Shown: in pieces, positions 23,660-36,500 of the stretch
Layout of the letters: the number at the start of each line of letters is the position of its first letter
How positions within the stretch are numbered: position 1 is the stretch's first letter
Source: Ramazzottius varieornatus
Lineage: Eukaryota; Animalia; Tardigrada
Assembly: GCA_001949185.1 (NCBI GenBank)
Contig: BDGG01000014.1
Coordinates: 1,271,378-1,335,377 of the forward strand
Length of the DNA: 64,000 bases
Direction of reading: 5' to 3'
Translations under genes and position numbers: made by a program
Notes under the pieces: model-generated
Database searches by the model: none
What the model was told of the DNA's origin: nothing
The model's input: the letters and a program-made list of their open reading frames with translations, nothing else

Positions 23660-25033
23660 ATGGTACGTTGCAACATGGAAACTCAACTTTGGATATCAGA
23701 CTTGATGGCCCGCAAAAGCATTGCCCTCTCTCGTTTCAGGCCGCTTCACTGGGACCCGCTGAAATCGAACGTAAGTTATTTCCGGTTCCTCAAGTATCCT
23801 TCATCCTTTTACCTGCTACTAAAGATTGTAACTTCCGGCCTCTGGTGGCAAAGCTCCGCCTGGCAAGCCCTGCATGATTAACCAAGGCTAACTGGTGGAG
23901 GGATGGCAACTCCCCGACCGGAAGTAATTGTTTTCTGAAGGGACCTTTTTTGGTTGGGGTTAGCCCAGGCTGTAATGTCTGGCTCTGATGTCGTTTTGGC
24001 CTGGATGGAGTGAGTGGAGGGTCCTCGCACCCCATTTTCGTGCCTGATTCTATATATAACACCTTGGCTCTTCGACAACGTCATACTTCACAGCCAGTCC
24101 AGCTGTTGACGGTCTTCGTCGCATGGATGTACGAAATTCAGCATGTTCTTCAGCAGGGTCTAAATATAACAACACTCAACATGGATTACGGCATGGCTGG
24201 TGCGCCTGCCTTGCCTGCCGTGGCAGCAGGCCATATTTGGAATCGAGGAGGATCACTCGATGCATGCTTGACTATGCTGCTATCTTGACCAAAGTTGTCC
24301 ATCCTAACTTGTATGACAGAAAGTACTGTTACAGCGAGTCCAGAATGCTGATGTTCTTCAAACAGACGACAAAAGTGCAGTTGGTAAAGGGGCATTTGTC
24401 TTGCAGAATGCAAAGAAGCCTTTGGCGTCTACGAGATGTTCTTCGGCGAAAACGGAACTGTAGATGCCATAAAGACCGCCGATATCCTGCGGTCGATGAA
24501 GCTGACACCGACCATCAAGAAAGTCAACCAGATGACAGGAGTAACCAAACCTGGTAGGAACCACAGTAGCACAGCCTTGAAGTTCCAGCATGCAGGCACC
24601 TGGAGATGACTGGGTGATGGGAAGGTATCGTATTCTTGCAGGTGAGAAAAGAATAACCCTGGAAGAGTTCATGCCGATCTACGCTCAAATGTCGAAGGAG
24701 AAGGATGTTGGAGGATACGCCGATTTCATGGAAGCCATGTTGGTCTTCGATAAGGAAAGCAACGGCACCATCATTGCCGCCGAACTCCGCCATCTCCTGC
24801 TTTCCCTGGGTGAGAAGATGACCGAATCCGAAGTTGACGAGATCCTGAAGCTGTGCAGTAACGAAGACACCGAAGGCAACACCAAATACGAAGGTCAGTT
24901 CCCTCTTTCGCAACATTGGCTCAGGCAGCACCGTATGTTACCCTCGTTCTTATGACCAACAAATTTCTGTTCCCTAGAATTCATCAAGAAAGTGCTGGAA
25001 GGACCGTTCCCCCATGAGAATGCCCAAGATTAA
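23660..25033 (+). CDS. Mlc1: Myosin essential (alkali) light chain, muscle type
   Basis: ATG-only first coding exon (23660-23662), then 23740-23770, 24407-24553, about 24642-24892 and 24978-25033. Reads MAASLGPAEIEQCKEAF...TLEEFMPIY...GGYADFMEAMLVFDKESNG...AELRHLLLSLGEKM...FIKKVLEGPFP. Confidence 0.9.
24050..24240. promoter_or_regulatory. Putative intronic muscle enhancer (2 x MEF2, E-box, CArG)
   Basis: CTATATATAA at 24050, CAGCTG at 24100, CTAAATATAA at 24160 and CCATATTTGG at 24231, all inside the longest intron of the light-chain gene. Confidence 0.6.
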
Positions 25034-26150
25034 TGTAACCCGATGTTGCCCTGTTTATTTTGTGATCACACTATACAGAAATATTACGCCTACTACGACA
25101 CAGAGATCACCTGCTAGAGGATAACATCTGTAGAACTGTCTTGCTAAGTTCAGGACTGCAAAGATTATGTGAAAGATCTTACTGAATTGTACTTCACATT
25201 ATACTTTCGGTAGAATTAATTGCTCCAGAACCATCCGAATAAACTTCTAGATTATGGCACGTGACACCTGAACTGCATGTTTCCTCAGCACACAATGGCC
25301 GATAGCGGCTAACGTTGGAAAGGTCCGCTGACGTCACCACAGGGTGGCGCCCTCTGCTTAACCTGAGATGAGATTTGCGTTGACTGCAACGCAACGATTG
25401 ATTAGACACTTTCTTGATTTCTCAAATCAGAACTCCGAGTCTCCGCCTAAACATTTTCCACAGGCTCCACTCCAGGAATACCAGTTGTCTTCTCGTTCCA
25501 TTATGCTTCAGCAGCACCAGGTGGTCGATTGGACTCAAAGCAATGTCGGTTTCCTCGTCTGGGTGCCTTAGTTGCCACGTTGGGAGAGGAGGGCAAGGAA
25601 GAGAGATATGACCACTACGTGGGCCGCCACGACGTCCCCAGTTTCTCCGTGAGCCAAGTCTTCAAAACTCAAGGTCGACCATTTCCAGCGTCCTGATGTC
25701 AAGTGTGACTGATCCCTCACCTGCTATACCGTAAGTGTTAGCTTTGTTATCACGCACAGGTGTTTTCGGCAGTTTCATCCATCAGAAGATCCGATCTTGA
25801 CTATCGCTAGAATATAGCCTTATCAGAAATTTAGCCTTGGTATCGTTCTGACAAGTTACCTCCGGTTTCTGTTTTCAGGAATGTTCTTTGGTTTTTCAGT
25901 CAGGGGAATTTCGGGAAGACGATACAAACTTCACTGAGGTGAGGGAAGATCGGAGACTACGGCAGAAAGATGCTGGTGCTGTTTTGTTGACACTTGCTAC
26001 CCTGCGCCTTCTTCGAGACTTCACTTTGGACCTTCTGTTACAGAAACAACCGGAAGAGAGGTAAGAAATGAATGTTGATCCGTAGGCGAGGTGGACATGA
26101 GACGACAAGTCGAGAAATGCTCAAGAGGTGGATCGTTAATTCGTTATGAA

Positions 26151-26260
26151 CGGAACTTCCGGTCTGTGGCGTAGAACTGCGGTATGCTTCTGTCCTGACG
26201 TCACAGGCCCCCCGCTTCGCAACTGGCATTTCGTGGCGCGGACTTCGGGGAACGGAATTC
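26151..26260. promoter_or_regulatory. Putative bidirectional promoter with no adjacent coding gene
   Basis: ACTTCCGG at 26155 and TGACGTCA at 26196, with splice signals pointing outward on both strands. Confidence 0.35.
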
Positions 26261-27187
26261 CTGGTGAGAACGGTGAGCTTTCTTCCGTATTCTTTCGACT
26301 GTTTCTGTTCGTTTCTGAAACCGCTGCGTCGCAGGAAAGTAAGTGGCGAAGTGCAGCAAATGCTGGGAGCGATTCAGCAACGATCTTTGGTCAAGAAGAA
26401 CTTGTGCGCAGAAGCAACTTTACGCAGACAATTTTGGATTGTAGCCGGATGGACGTATGATGGAACCGTGACCAAGAGCTCAGACAGATTCGAAGGGTCG
26501 AAAGTCGAGACCGCACTTCCTGCTCGGTTCTCACAACAATCGTCCAGCTTGTGGTCTAAGTGCAAGAACGAACAATGTTTCGGCTCCAGAAACCGCCCTA
26601 TTCCGGATAACTAAGTTTTATCCCGATATTATCCTGAAATTAGTCCACATTTGTGCGGCTATCACATGAGTTCTCTGCATGACAATCGACTGTTCTAAAT
26701 GTTGCTGGCTTTTGTTTTACACTTGGGAAGAAAGATCAATAACAAGGGCAAGAAAGGACGAAATGTGAACCCGTTCAGCCTTCATCACGAGCTATTCTTC
26801 CAAGACGCACGTTCCAAGACCCGGCCAGGTATATGCCAACAGTGTGTGAGCGATTTGCTCTTGAAGTAGAGGACAGGCTGTTTCATTGTTGGGGGGGGGG
26901 GGGGTGCGTGTGTGGGACTGATCGTGTGGACTGGAAAGTGGGTTTCTGGATGTGCTGGCGACCACTTCGTCGCATCGTGTTTTGACGTCACTGTGAAAGA
27001 TGGTGGCGCGCGTGTATTTGAGGTCGAGTTTGTCTGTAGGACCAAGTTGTCATCTCGACATTTTGATTGTCAGGAAAGAGGAGAAGTCAGCTTGGCTAAC
27101 CCTGGCTTTGCGCTTTCGTCTAGAGCGTATCCGAAGGTCTTGACAAAACATATTTATGAAAGATTCGTATTTATGCAGTTATCGTCG

Positions 27188-30100
27188 TCAGTGACAAGAG
27201 TAAGAAGCTATGCCAATAGCTGGCGATAAAGCTCTATAGGTCGTCGGGGGTCGAGATTTGTTCTGAAGTAGAGGGAGCTGTAGCTCTTGAACCTGCATTT
27301 GACAGCTTTCTGCCAGAGTCGTCTGAGTGACTTCCGGTCGTGGTTGACTGTGTGCTGTTGGAGTCTGGAGCTTTATTAGACTCTGTAGATTAGAGGGACA
27401 ACAGTTAGAGAGTGGCTTTAATATACTGGCAAGTTAGCAGTTGCATACCTGGTGAGGTTCGGCTGTCTTTCGAGTTGGTAGGACTATTTAACCGGGAAAG
27501 TGGCGAAGATTTTGGCATGTCGGTGGACAGTGGCCGGGAACCTTGAAGCTTGACTTGGGAGGGCGACTCGTAAGGTGCCGTGGAAACTCTGTGCGAGTGT
27601 GGGGTCTTCATCTTGCCTGTTGTCGAGGAGGAAACGGCATGGGCAGAGGAGAGGTTGTGCAGGGGAGCCGAGAAGGCTGAATTGGGATTAGGGACAAAGA
27701 CGGGGTTACTGCTGCTGTTGGGCGCTACAGGGAGCTGCCCATGCATCTGCCCCAGACTGCCAAAAGGGCCGTTGAAGGAGGGATGGAATGGTGCTCGAGG
27801 CAGTTGTTGCTCCATCGACATCGGCCTGGGAAAAGACGCCGATGATGTGATCATATGGGACTTGAAGGCCAGCATGGCTTCCGGGCTGGGCATAGCTGGA
27901 GAAGGGGCTATCGTCGGGTTGCCGCTTGGCTTATCCATGGCTACGTCGGCCAGCGACCAAATTCGCGGTTTCTGACTGGTGGCATGTGCAGCTGTCTTGG
28001 TACTGTTTTCCACGTCTTTGTCGGCTCCATTACCGGTCAGTACTCTGCCACCGACATTTCCATCTGTGAAATAAAGTATCGGCTTATTATTCCGCCGATG
28101 ACTTTTAGTTGGTTGCTTTGCGCCAAATGATGTGAGCGTGCACAGTCAGGTGATCGAGAATTTGCTTTGGTTCTTCAAGCTTCATAATAAATCTATGCTA
28201 TTTGTAGTTGCGCGGCTGTTTCGTCGGAGAGGGATAGATTGATTTCTGGACCGACTGAAATGACGTTAAGGCGGTGGGACCCTAGTCAGTAGTTTGATAG
28301 TCGACATGGATTCGTGATTTTGATGTGCTCGTTGTCAAAGACTTTAGTCTTTTCCGATTCGACACACCAATAAGGGCTAAGTGCTGGCTGTATCGATCCT
28401 AGGTGCCGTGACTACTGTCCTGGCAGCTATGATCCAATGGTCAAATCGATTAAATGACCACTTTGAATGAAGGAACACAAAGGAAGCTTTCGATGGAAGA
28501 CAAGTTAGTTAAATCAGGACGGGCTTTGGACTTTGGAACAGTAATGGTTTGGCTATTATTGTTGATGGTAAGCATTACGATTGAGGGCTGTTTTAAAAAG
28601 GGGCTACTCTTTCTGCACCACTAACTTTCATCCCACTCATTGACGCCTGTCCATTAATGCCCCAATTCATTACTAATGCATTAGCCATCGCTAGCTTCCG
28701 TCCCTCCCTTTTTCTCTCTCCAAATGCCATTGTAACCGTCCTCCGCCACTGCCCAACTCACAGTTGACGGCCTGTTTTCAATTAGCAGTGTACTGCAAAC
28801 TATAGTCAGCGGAAGTCCTTAAAACTTTCTATTGATTGAGCAGCGTAATGTCTCAACCGACTGATCGATGCTGTTGCATGAGAAGGCAGAACTAACCTGG
28901 CACTAGATCGGACGCGGCGGGTGGTGGAGCGGGTGAAGCTTTCAGGGATCCAGCGTCTGAAAAGTCATCCTTGTCAAGATCGATGTCTTGGTCGTCGCCA
29001 GCGTTCAGCCCATCCGACTCGGACTTGTCGTCGTCTTCGCAGCCCCGATTCCGCGGTGACCACGTCATTTTGTTTTCCTTCTTTAACCGACGGCGAGCAT
29101 TGGCGAACCAGGTGGAGACCTGAGTGAGGGTCATTTTGGTCAGGATGGCCAGCATAATTTTTTCAGCTTTTGTCGGGTACGGATTCTTTCTATGCTCGTA
29201 CAACCAGTGCTTGAGCTGTGATGTTGTCTCGCGGGTGGCGTTCTTTCGGCGGTTCATCCCATTGGGATCCATCCCATAACTAGACCACGGACAAAACGAA
29301 ATTGGTCAAATTTCTTATGTTCTTATTATTTCGAATAGTTCAAAATCAATGTTTGATGCCAGTTGGCGGGTTTGGTGTGAGGATGTCAGTTGACAAGACT
29401 CGTGACCTGCACCCTGGTGGTCGTGGCCTATCGACTTTACTGTATAAAAGAACGGTCTAGTGCTGTGACCACACACGTTCAGGCCACCATCGTATGCTGT
29501 TCGGAAGGGTCTCGAATATATGACAATGAGTATGTTAAACGGCAGTAGAACATGCTTGGATATATCCTTGTTTCCTGACCATCCATGCATAAGTGATATC
29601 GGTTCTGATATGGTAAACAAGCGTGAGAGATGGTGCTTGTAAAGCTGAATATTCATTGAGGCCTAATGATGGACGATATGGGAGTTTGCTCCCAATCGCC
29701 GCGTTTTTCTTTGGCTAAGCCCTCCAGTGGCCGAGGGAAATGATATTTGTCTTGGCTGGTAGGAACAATAGGCTTGGTTTGACGTTAAGCAAGGGCGGAC
29801 AATGCGTGTTCTGCATCTGAATGTGGCGTGTATGTATTCATCAAAGCTGTGACAGGACAACTGATTTGTTTTGTCCCTGGCACGAATTATGATTTGTGTT
29901 GATGGCTTTTGTTCACCTGGCCTATAGCTAGCAGCCCGACTTGACAGTAAGTTGAAGTCAATGGCGGGTATCGTTAAGGTGGAAATGACTTCCGGCCAGA
30001 GGTCGACTTACTTGTTGGAGCAGTAGGGGTTGGGTGGATAGGGCAGAGGCGCACCGGCCATGCTGGGATCGTAAGGAGCATAGCAGCCGGCCATGTTGCC

Positions 30101-30592
30101 GCCATGGGCCGAAGGCAGTCCTCCCATACCCAAAGTCATTCCCATGGCCGCACGCCAACTGGCCACGCTACTCTCCATGGGCATTTCCGTCTTGACGTCT
30201 CCGTACAAGTTGCTCTACAAAAACAATGGGCAACGTCAGTCTTACGAGTAACACTACCAAAAGGTCTTGAGGCTAAAGAGGATTACCGGGTCGCGGATAA
30301 GTGCGGGGTGAGTGCTGGATGTCGACAGGGAAGAGTGAAGTCCTCCATCGCGGTCGCCATGAAGCGAGGCGCTGCTACCAGAAGAGGGCGGGTTGCCGTT
30401 GCCAAAGACGGCAGGATCGATGCCGCTCAACGGGCCGGCAAACATGTACTGACGGTAGGCCGCCATGAAGCGCTCGTACTGGCAGCTGCAGATACTCTGC
30501 CCGCTTTGTGGATCGACAATAATGTTGCGTGCGTGGACAGGGTCACAGCTGGCAGCGTGTACCCCCGGTTGTAGACAGTTGGAACCCATCAT
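27188..30592 (-). CDS. Irx: Iroquois-class TALE homeobox transcription factor
   Basis: Exons 30592-30287 ([16 protein letters not shown]-terminal Iro motif), 30214-30012, 29279-28897 (homeodomain RRKNATRE...HRKNPYPTK...[17 protein letters not shown]) and 28063-27449 (IRO box [11 protein letters not shown]). The last exon, from 27382, and the stop position are less certain. Confidence 0.95.
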
Positions 30593-33500
30593 CTGCTCAA
30601 CGAACCCTGGTTAACTTAGTCTATGCTCCAGAGCACGTTACTTCTGCCCTCTTTCTGCCAAAACAAGCGGACAGGACCGTGCAGGGCACGGACCTGCTCG
30701 TCGTTTTCGTGGAAATATCGTAGAAGAAAGGTAAGTGGCTAAAGGAGTCAAGTAACTTTGGCGATGGTCTTATCGGCCGCTGTCTTTTCTTTCGCGCTTC
30801 ATATCGATCGATTCAGCAATTTTCGACTAGCCTTACCGGCGAAGGTCCCAGGACGGAAGAGTATGGGAAGCTGCTGAACTGCGAGAACCCACTGGACATG
30901 GTGACTGCAGGTAGCTTTGCCCGTATACAGTACGTTTTCCTTCCTTCTTTGTGTGCGGTGATATCGATTAGTCTGGGGCAAATGATGGCTTCGCTTTGGT
31001 CCGTCGATCCCGCTGACTCAATGAATGGAACGCTATCAATAAAAACAATGGTAATTAGCCATGATGACTCCCAATAGTATGATCATGGCGTTGTGTGAAG
31101 CCTTAATTTATGGCTATTGAATTAGACCATAAAAGTAATGTCTTGTTAACTGGTTCTTGATGACCAGTAGCGCCACTGTATTCAATTAGCCTTCTATTTC
31201 CTTAACGGGATGGATTGTTTTTATCGGTAGGCATGAATGCATTGACGGAGGTGTGGGCCTCGCTTCCATACTGAGGAAAGAAATGGCGCCACCACCAAGG
31301 AATAATATTGATGTTTTATGCTCAAAATATTGACTATACCAACGGGTGGAATGTAATAAGACTATACACACATATCTTTCTATCGCGCCTAGCTTGCATA
31401 GCAGTCATGTGGACATTCCTTCTGTAAATATCCTTTCCCTGCATGCGGCTTGCTGACTTTTTTTGCGGTTCCTCTGTCGACACGGCAGTCCGAATATAAG
31501 TCGCCCTTATGGGTCTTTATAAATGACTTACACAGAATTGAAGGGTACGATATGGAGAGATGTTTGCAGTTTGAGCGGTATGGCTTGGCCTTATCGGTAA
31601 AAAGCAAGGTAGCATTGCACAATATCAACAGGGTGAAGAATGGCTTAGTGTAGTTATAGCCTCAGTTTATCTGTCTGTAAAGGCCGTTATTGCCGTGCGC
31701 GGCGCCGGCTCATGATTTGTCTCTGCACTCAACGTTCCCCTCTTACTTCGCAAACAGGCGCGACGAGGAAGAGGCTGCGCTGTCCACAAGACTTTGTGGG
31801 GGGAGGAAGAGGCATTCCTCTCAAAACAAACAGCAGTTTCATAAGTTGGGTCGGGCTAATTAAGCATGCATTGCAGCAAGTCCGGGTGTCATGTAGTCAG
31901 CGGCATATGCCTGATAACGATGAAAGACAGCGCTAGCAGCAGTCGATATGGCAAGCAAGCGAGGTCGATTGGAATTACGGTTGCATGCGAAACGCTGTCG
32001 GCCTTTTCCATATTGCTTTCCGCCGTGTGTGATGGCAGCAAATGACAGAGTTATTTAATGTGGCAAAGTTGCAAAGTAAACACGGTATAATTACCAGATT
32101 ACGACTGTATAGACAGGCCAGCTAGCTGCATACGGGCTAAATACTCTTCTCGCCTATGAAACTGGACTACGTGGCTCAATTTCCGCCCGATAAGAGTCAT
32201 CAAAGCTTGCCCCAACTTTGCTGATATGCAAATTCTCCAGTAGATAGCGGACATGTTCCCCAACTATGATATGTCACAGCCCGGCTTGATGATCATTGAA
32301 GAAATGTCCGATGTGTTTTAGATCGAAGTTTGTTGATAGAAAGCAGCTAACCTCAAATATAGTTCAGCGTAATATGGCCCATCACATTCGACTTATCAAG
32401 TAACCATCTGACGCTGGCCAGACATGCACATCATAATCTTCATAGCCCATCCACAGTTTCCTTCCCTTTATATCCACATGCATGCCTGTCTTTCAGCTCT
32501 CCACTCATTCAACCGACTCTGTGGTATCCTCTTTCCTAGGCGGCCGCCGACACTGGTGATTCGCAAAGTGAAGGTCCTCACTCACTCGCTCACAGCTTTA
32601 GAAAGAGGCCAAACTTCCTGGTCTGTGTGACCTTTCCATCGCTATGTCTGCAGGGATGGACAGGTTGAAATTAAGACTTTGGCTTAACACCTTGAGCACG
32701 GGGCGGGAAACTCACTTTCCTGGCGCACACTCAGTTGTGCGTAGCGAGATTCCACTTCAATTTTTGCTGTGCGTTCTTTTTTATTTGCCTGAAGGATCAA
32801 CTTCTCTTCAAACCACAACTAACGGCCACTGGACAGTGGCTCTGCAAACTGTGGAATTATTTCCGTTTCCGATGGAATTTCGCCGTAGCTAACAAATTAT
32901 TCTTCAGCCAGGCTCTCCGCTACTCCAGGGTCTCCAAAACAATTGTAGCCCAGGTCTAAACATTCTTGTATCTCGCGACAGTTTCAGATTTGTAAAAAGA
33001 TCTGCCCAGTGGTCAAGAGAGAATCGAAAAGCCTGGCCGTTTCGAGTAGGTAAATGGCGCACTGTACAACAAATTCCCAAATTTTGGCCAATAGAGAAGG
33101 TGACAATTGGTCCGATTTAGCACCGCCCAAGATTTCAACCAATTAAAAAGAGGCGAGAGTGATTTTCCCGCATCGTATTCTGAAAGCACGAAATCGCGTC
33201 GTGCTCAAGGTGTTAAAATAGCAAGAACTGTAGCGTTGGCTGCTGTGTAGTATGGGAAAAACGACGAAGAAAGACAGACCACAGGCGATGCAAAGATCAA
33301 GCTGTTGTTACACCAATGTCGTGTGCAGTGTGTCCGTAAGGTAGACTTGGCTAGTAATGAGTATGATGAAGTGGGCTGCAGCATGAACAGGCAATAAAAC
33401 AGTGGAGGATAATTAGGGGTAATCATGGCAGGAAAATTATTATGCATGTTGGGTAATGATCTTCCGGTCGACGTCGGTGTCAGGCTGCGTATCATAGCTA

Positions 33501-36500
33501 GCTGCTTCCATAGCCTATAAGGTAGCTCTCTAACCAAAGAGCACATCAAGAAGCCACCACGTACCATGCTGTACATGTTGTTCAGCAATGTAAGTACATG
33601 GCGTCGAGCTCATACGTGACAAACATCACCATCAGAGCTTGCTGGCTGGTTTTCTCCGTATATCCACGGGTGGCATGTTCTGCAATATGTCACTACCCAT
33701 TTGCATCCTCAATTTCACCTGCTATGATATATGCCAAAAAATGCTCCTACGGTGCCACAGCTCGAAACATTACTCAAAGCCCAACTCTTTGAATCCTTGA
33801 TTTGTAGGGGGCACAACTTTCACTGATGACGGCTTCCTGCTGTTCGGTGACCTTTCAGTGTCGTCAGACTGCCATATGGAAATTTGTGCCTTATCTTGCC
33901 GGAAAATTCATTTGGACATGCCTAATGAGGAAGCGCCAGAAAAGGTTCAAAATATCCAGTAGCTTAATTTTATGCTTGAAAAAAATCTGAAAACTAGTAA
34001 ATGATGTTTTGACGATGGATTCACAGGTCTTGACAACTTACCATATTTCCGTTCCAAGATAATCCACAGGCTTTTAGGCAGTTTGACACGGTGGATGTAG
34101 GAGTTTTTGATGTAGTGCTGGTCAGTGAATGGGGATGAAAAGGGCAAGGAAGATTGAGAGGATGGAAGAAAGGTTTGAAAGCGGGTGATGTTATCAGGAT
34201 GGGGCTACAAAGGAGAAAGGTCTCGGGTGAAGTGGTCGAGTCGGGCTAGCTATAAAGAGCTGCTCATATCGTAATCATCAAAGGCGAGTACTCGACATGA
34301 AGTTGCCGCGATAAGGTAGATTGAGGAAAAGAGCGAAGGAGCTGGCTTAGGCTTTTGGCTCAAACATCAACATAAGAGATTGAGGTTGTCGTGATGGCTG
34401 TACAAGGTTGATTCGAACGTGTAGAACAGCATGTAGAACACGAGAACGTACAATGTAGCAGCGCGTTAAGACTAGCCTCATAGACTTGACGGTAATTTGT
34501 CCCAGCTATGGCCGAGGACTAGGACAGCACAGCTAGCGCGAACTACAGCTTGTAAGTATGATGGTACACATATAAGACTGCCATCGTTATGCTGATGGCG
34601 GACATAGCGCTAAACATGCATCGTCCGTGTATTGCCGCGTGTTGAACATAGAGGTACGGTACGAGGACAACTCCGCCCTTGTAGCACTAACTTGTATACA
34701 TGGCATCAGACAAGCATCTTAGCCCGCGCCGCCATCAAGAGATAAGCTTGTATACAAGAGACAAATAATGTCCCCTTGCTTTTTATTCTTCAGCACTTGA
34801 CAAATTTATGATTCGGCCTCACCATGTCCGCCACCATCTTCGTCTTTGCCATGATGTAGCTGTAGGGCCCTCGCTGACTTGCCATGTACAGACTAGCGGT
34901 ACCATGATATCTCCATTGCCAAGTGCCACAAAAATACCTAAAGAATGAGGCCGTGGGCCAAGTTAGTGCGCTTTACCCGCATGTATCGTCGGCTTTCTGA
35001 AAATGACCTTCTTAATTGATATGACAGCTAGCTCGACCAGCCAACTGCGGAAACATGGCAGTTTTTTATGTGCCGTATATCGTCCAGGTTCTTTGTTAAC
35101 ACGTACTGTTAACATCACACAGTCGACAAGTAGCGCGTCTTGTCCGCGACCTCCCCAGCTAGACGAAGAACCATGACTTTACTGAGACAGCTGCCTGCAT
35201 ATCGTGAAGCGTACATAGTTTAAAACAAGTGTAGAGCCAGCTTTGGCATAATTGTGTATTACCGGCACGCCTTGCTTTTTTTCAGCACCCTGCTACGTCT
35301 TCCGCTGTTGCTTATAATTAGTACAGCGGTTTTCCGCGGGCTCTCCACTTGTCGATAGCTTGATAACCAGGCCGATGTAGGCGAGCTGTTTTGACGTATG
35401 TAGTGGGGTCGTTTTGAATTTTATCCCCTCAACTTACTGGCTTGAATAAAATAGGATCCGTAGTACAGTATATTAAAATGTAGATGCAGTGAGCTATCAT
35501 TCTGTGGTACGTAGAGAAAACTAGAGAACATCTGTCGTCGAGTCATCCAAGCGTGGAGGATCGCCGAATGAGGTGAGATTTGTTTGCGGTGCATTGGGAG
35601 CCGCTGGTGAGTGAATGAATGCATCATCTCTCGTCAAAGTGAACAGTTTACGGCTGTATTGTCCAGCAGCGGGGCCGCTGCTGGTTTGTATTTCCGGCTC
35701 ACCGAAGCACGTAATAACTTGGGCGTCCGTCTTCGTACACTTTCTACATAGATGTGCTTATCTAAAATGATCTGGCCAAACCAAATTACTTTTCCTAAAT
35801 CAAAAGCATATCTTCAAAGCTGCAGACTGCTCAAATGAACTAGCGGATGCTATCGTTGTATACCGTTGTCTGGGGTTGAAAACACGTCAGTCAAGTGGAT
35901 ATGTGCTGTGGTATTCAGTGGTGTCATGCTGCTGATAAATATGCCGTCTTGGAATTTCATTGAATGGTTGAGGCTTTACTTCAATGTCGGCAATTTAATT
36001 CGACGGTAATCAAGCCATGACAGAATATATACAGTACACTGTATAGCTCCAGTGTGACAGAAAAACATGGTGGTTGCTGGAAGGAAAGTGTTGAATATGT
36101 GTTGATGAGTGATGAATGGAATGAAACATACTTTTGTTCAAGAAATGGCCATTGCTAGAGTTTGACTGTTGATGACGGTGATATATGGAAGTACGCGCAT
36201 GTTTCTTGGTGGAAACTTGAAACGGCAGGCAGGCAGCAGCAGCAGCCATAAAGATTGGTGCTTAATGATTGATGATGGAGTGCAGGTTAGCTTCGTCTCC
36301 CGCGCCAGCAATCAAGTGATAAATTGACCTCTGCTGCTTGTCAAGAGCCGAAGCCACTCTCCCACCGTATAGAGCACACTACTCCCTTTTCCACTCCTTA
36401 CTATGGCACTGTGGCACACAGAGTTGTGGTCCAGATGCATGCTCATCATCATCCTCAGAGGATGGATGATAGATAACAGCCAGCTATCCGCTGCATATCA

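Noticed and set aside
24181-24190. ATGGATTACG as an alternative first Mlc exon
   Set aside because: It needs a poor GC donor (GCATGG). The canonical 23660/23740 model fits the family better.
31286-31310. TGGAATGTAA resembling the start of miR-1
   Set aside because: The match stops after 10 nt and I see no precursor hairpin.
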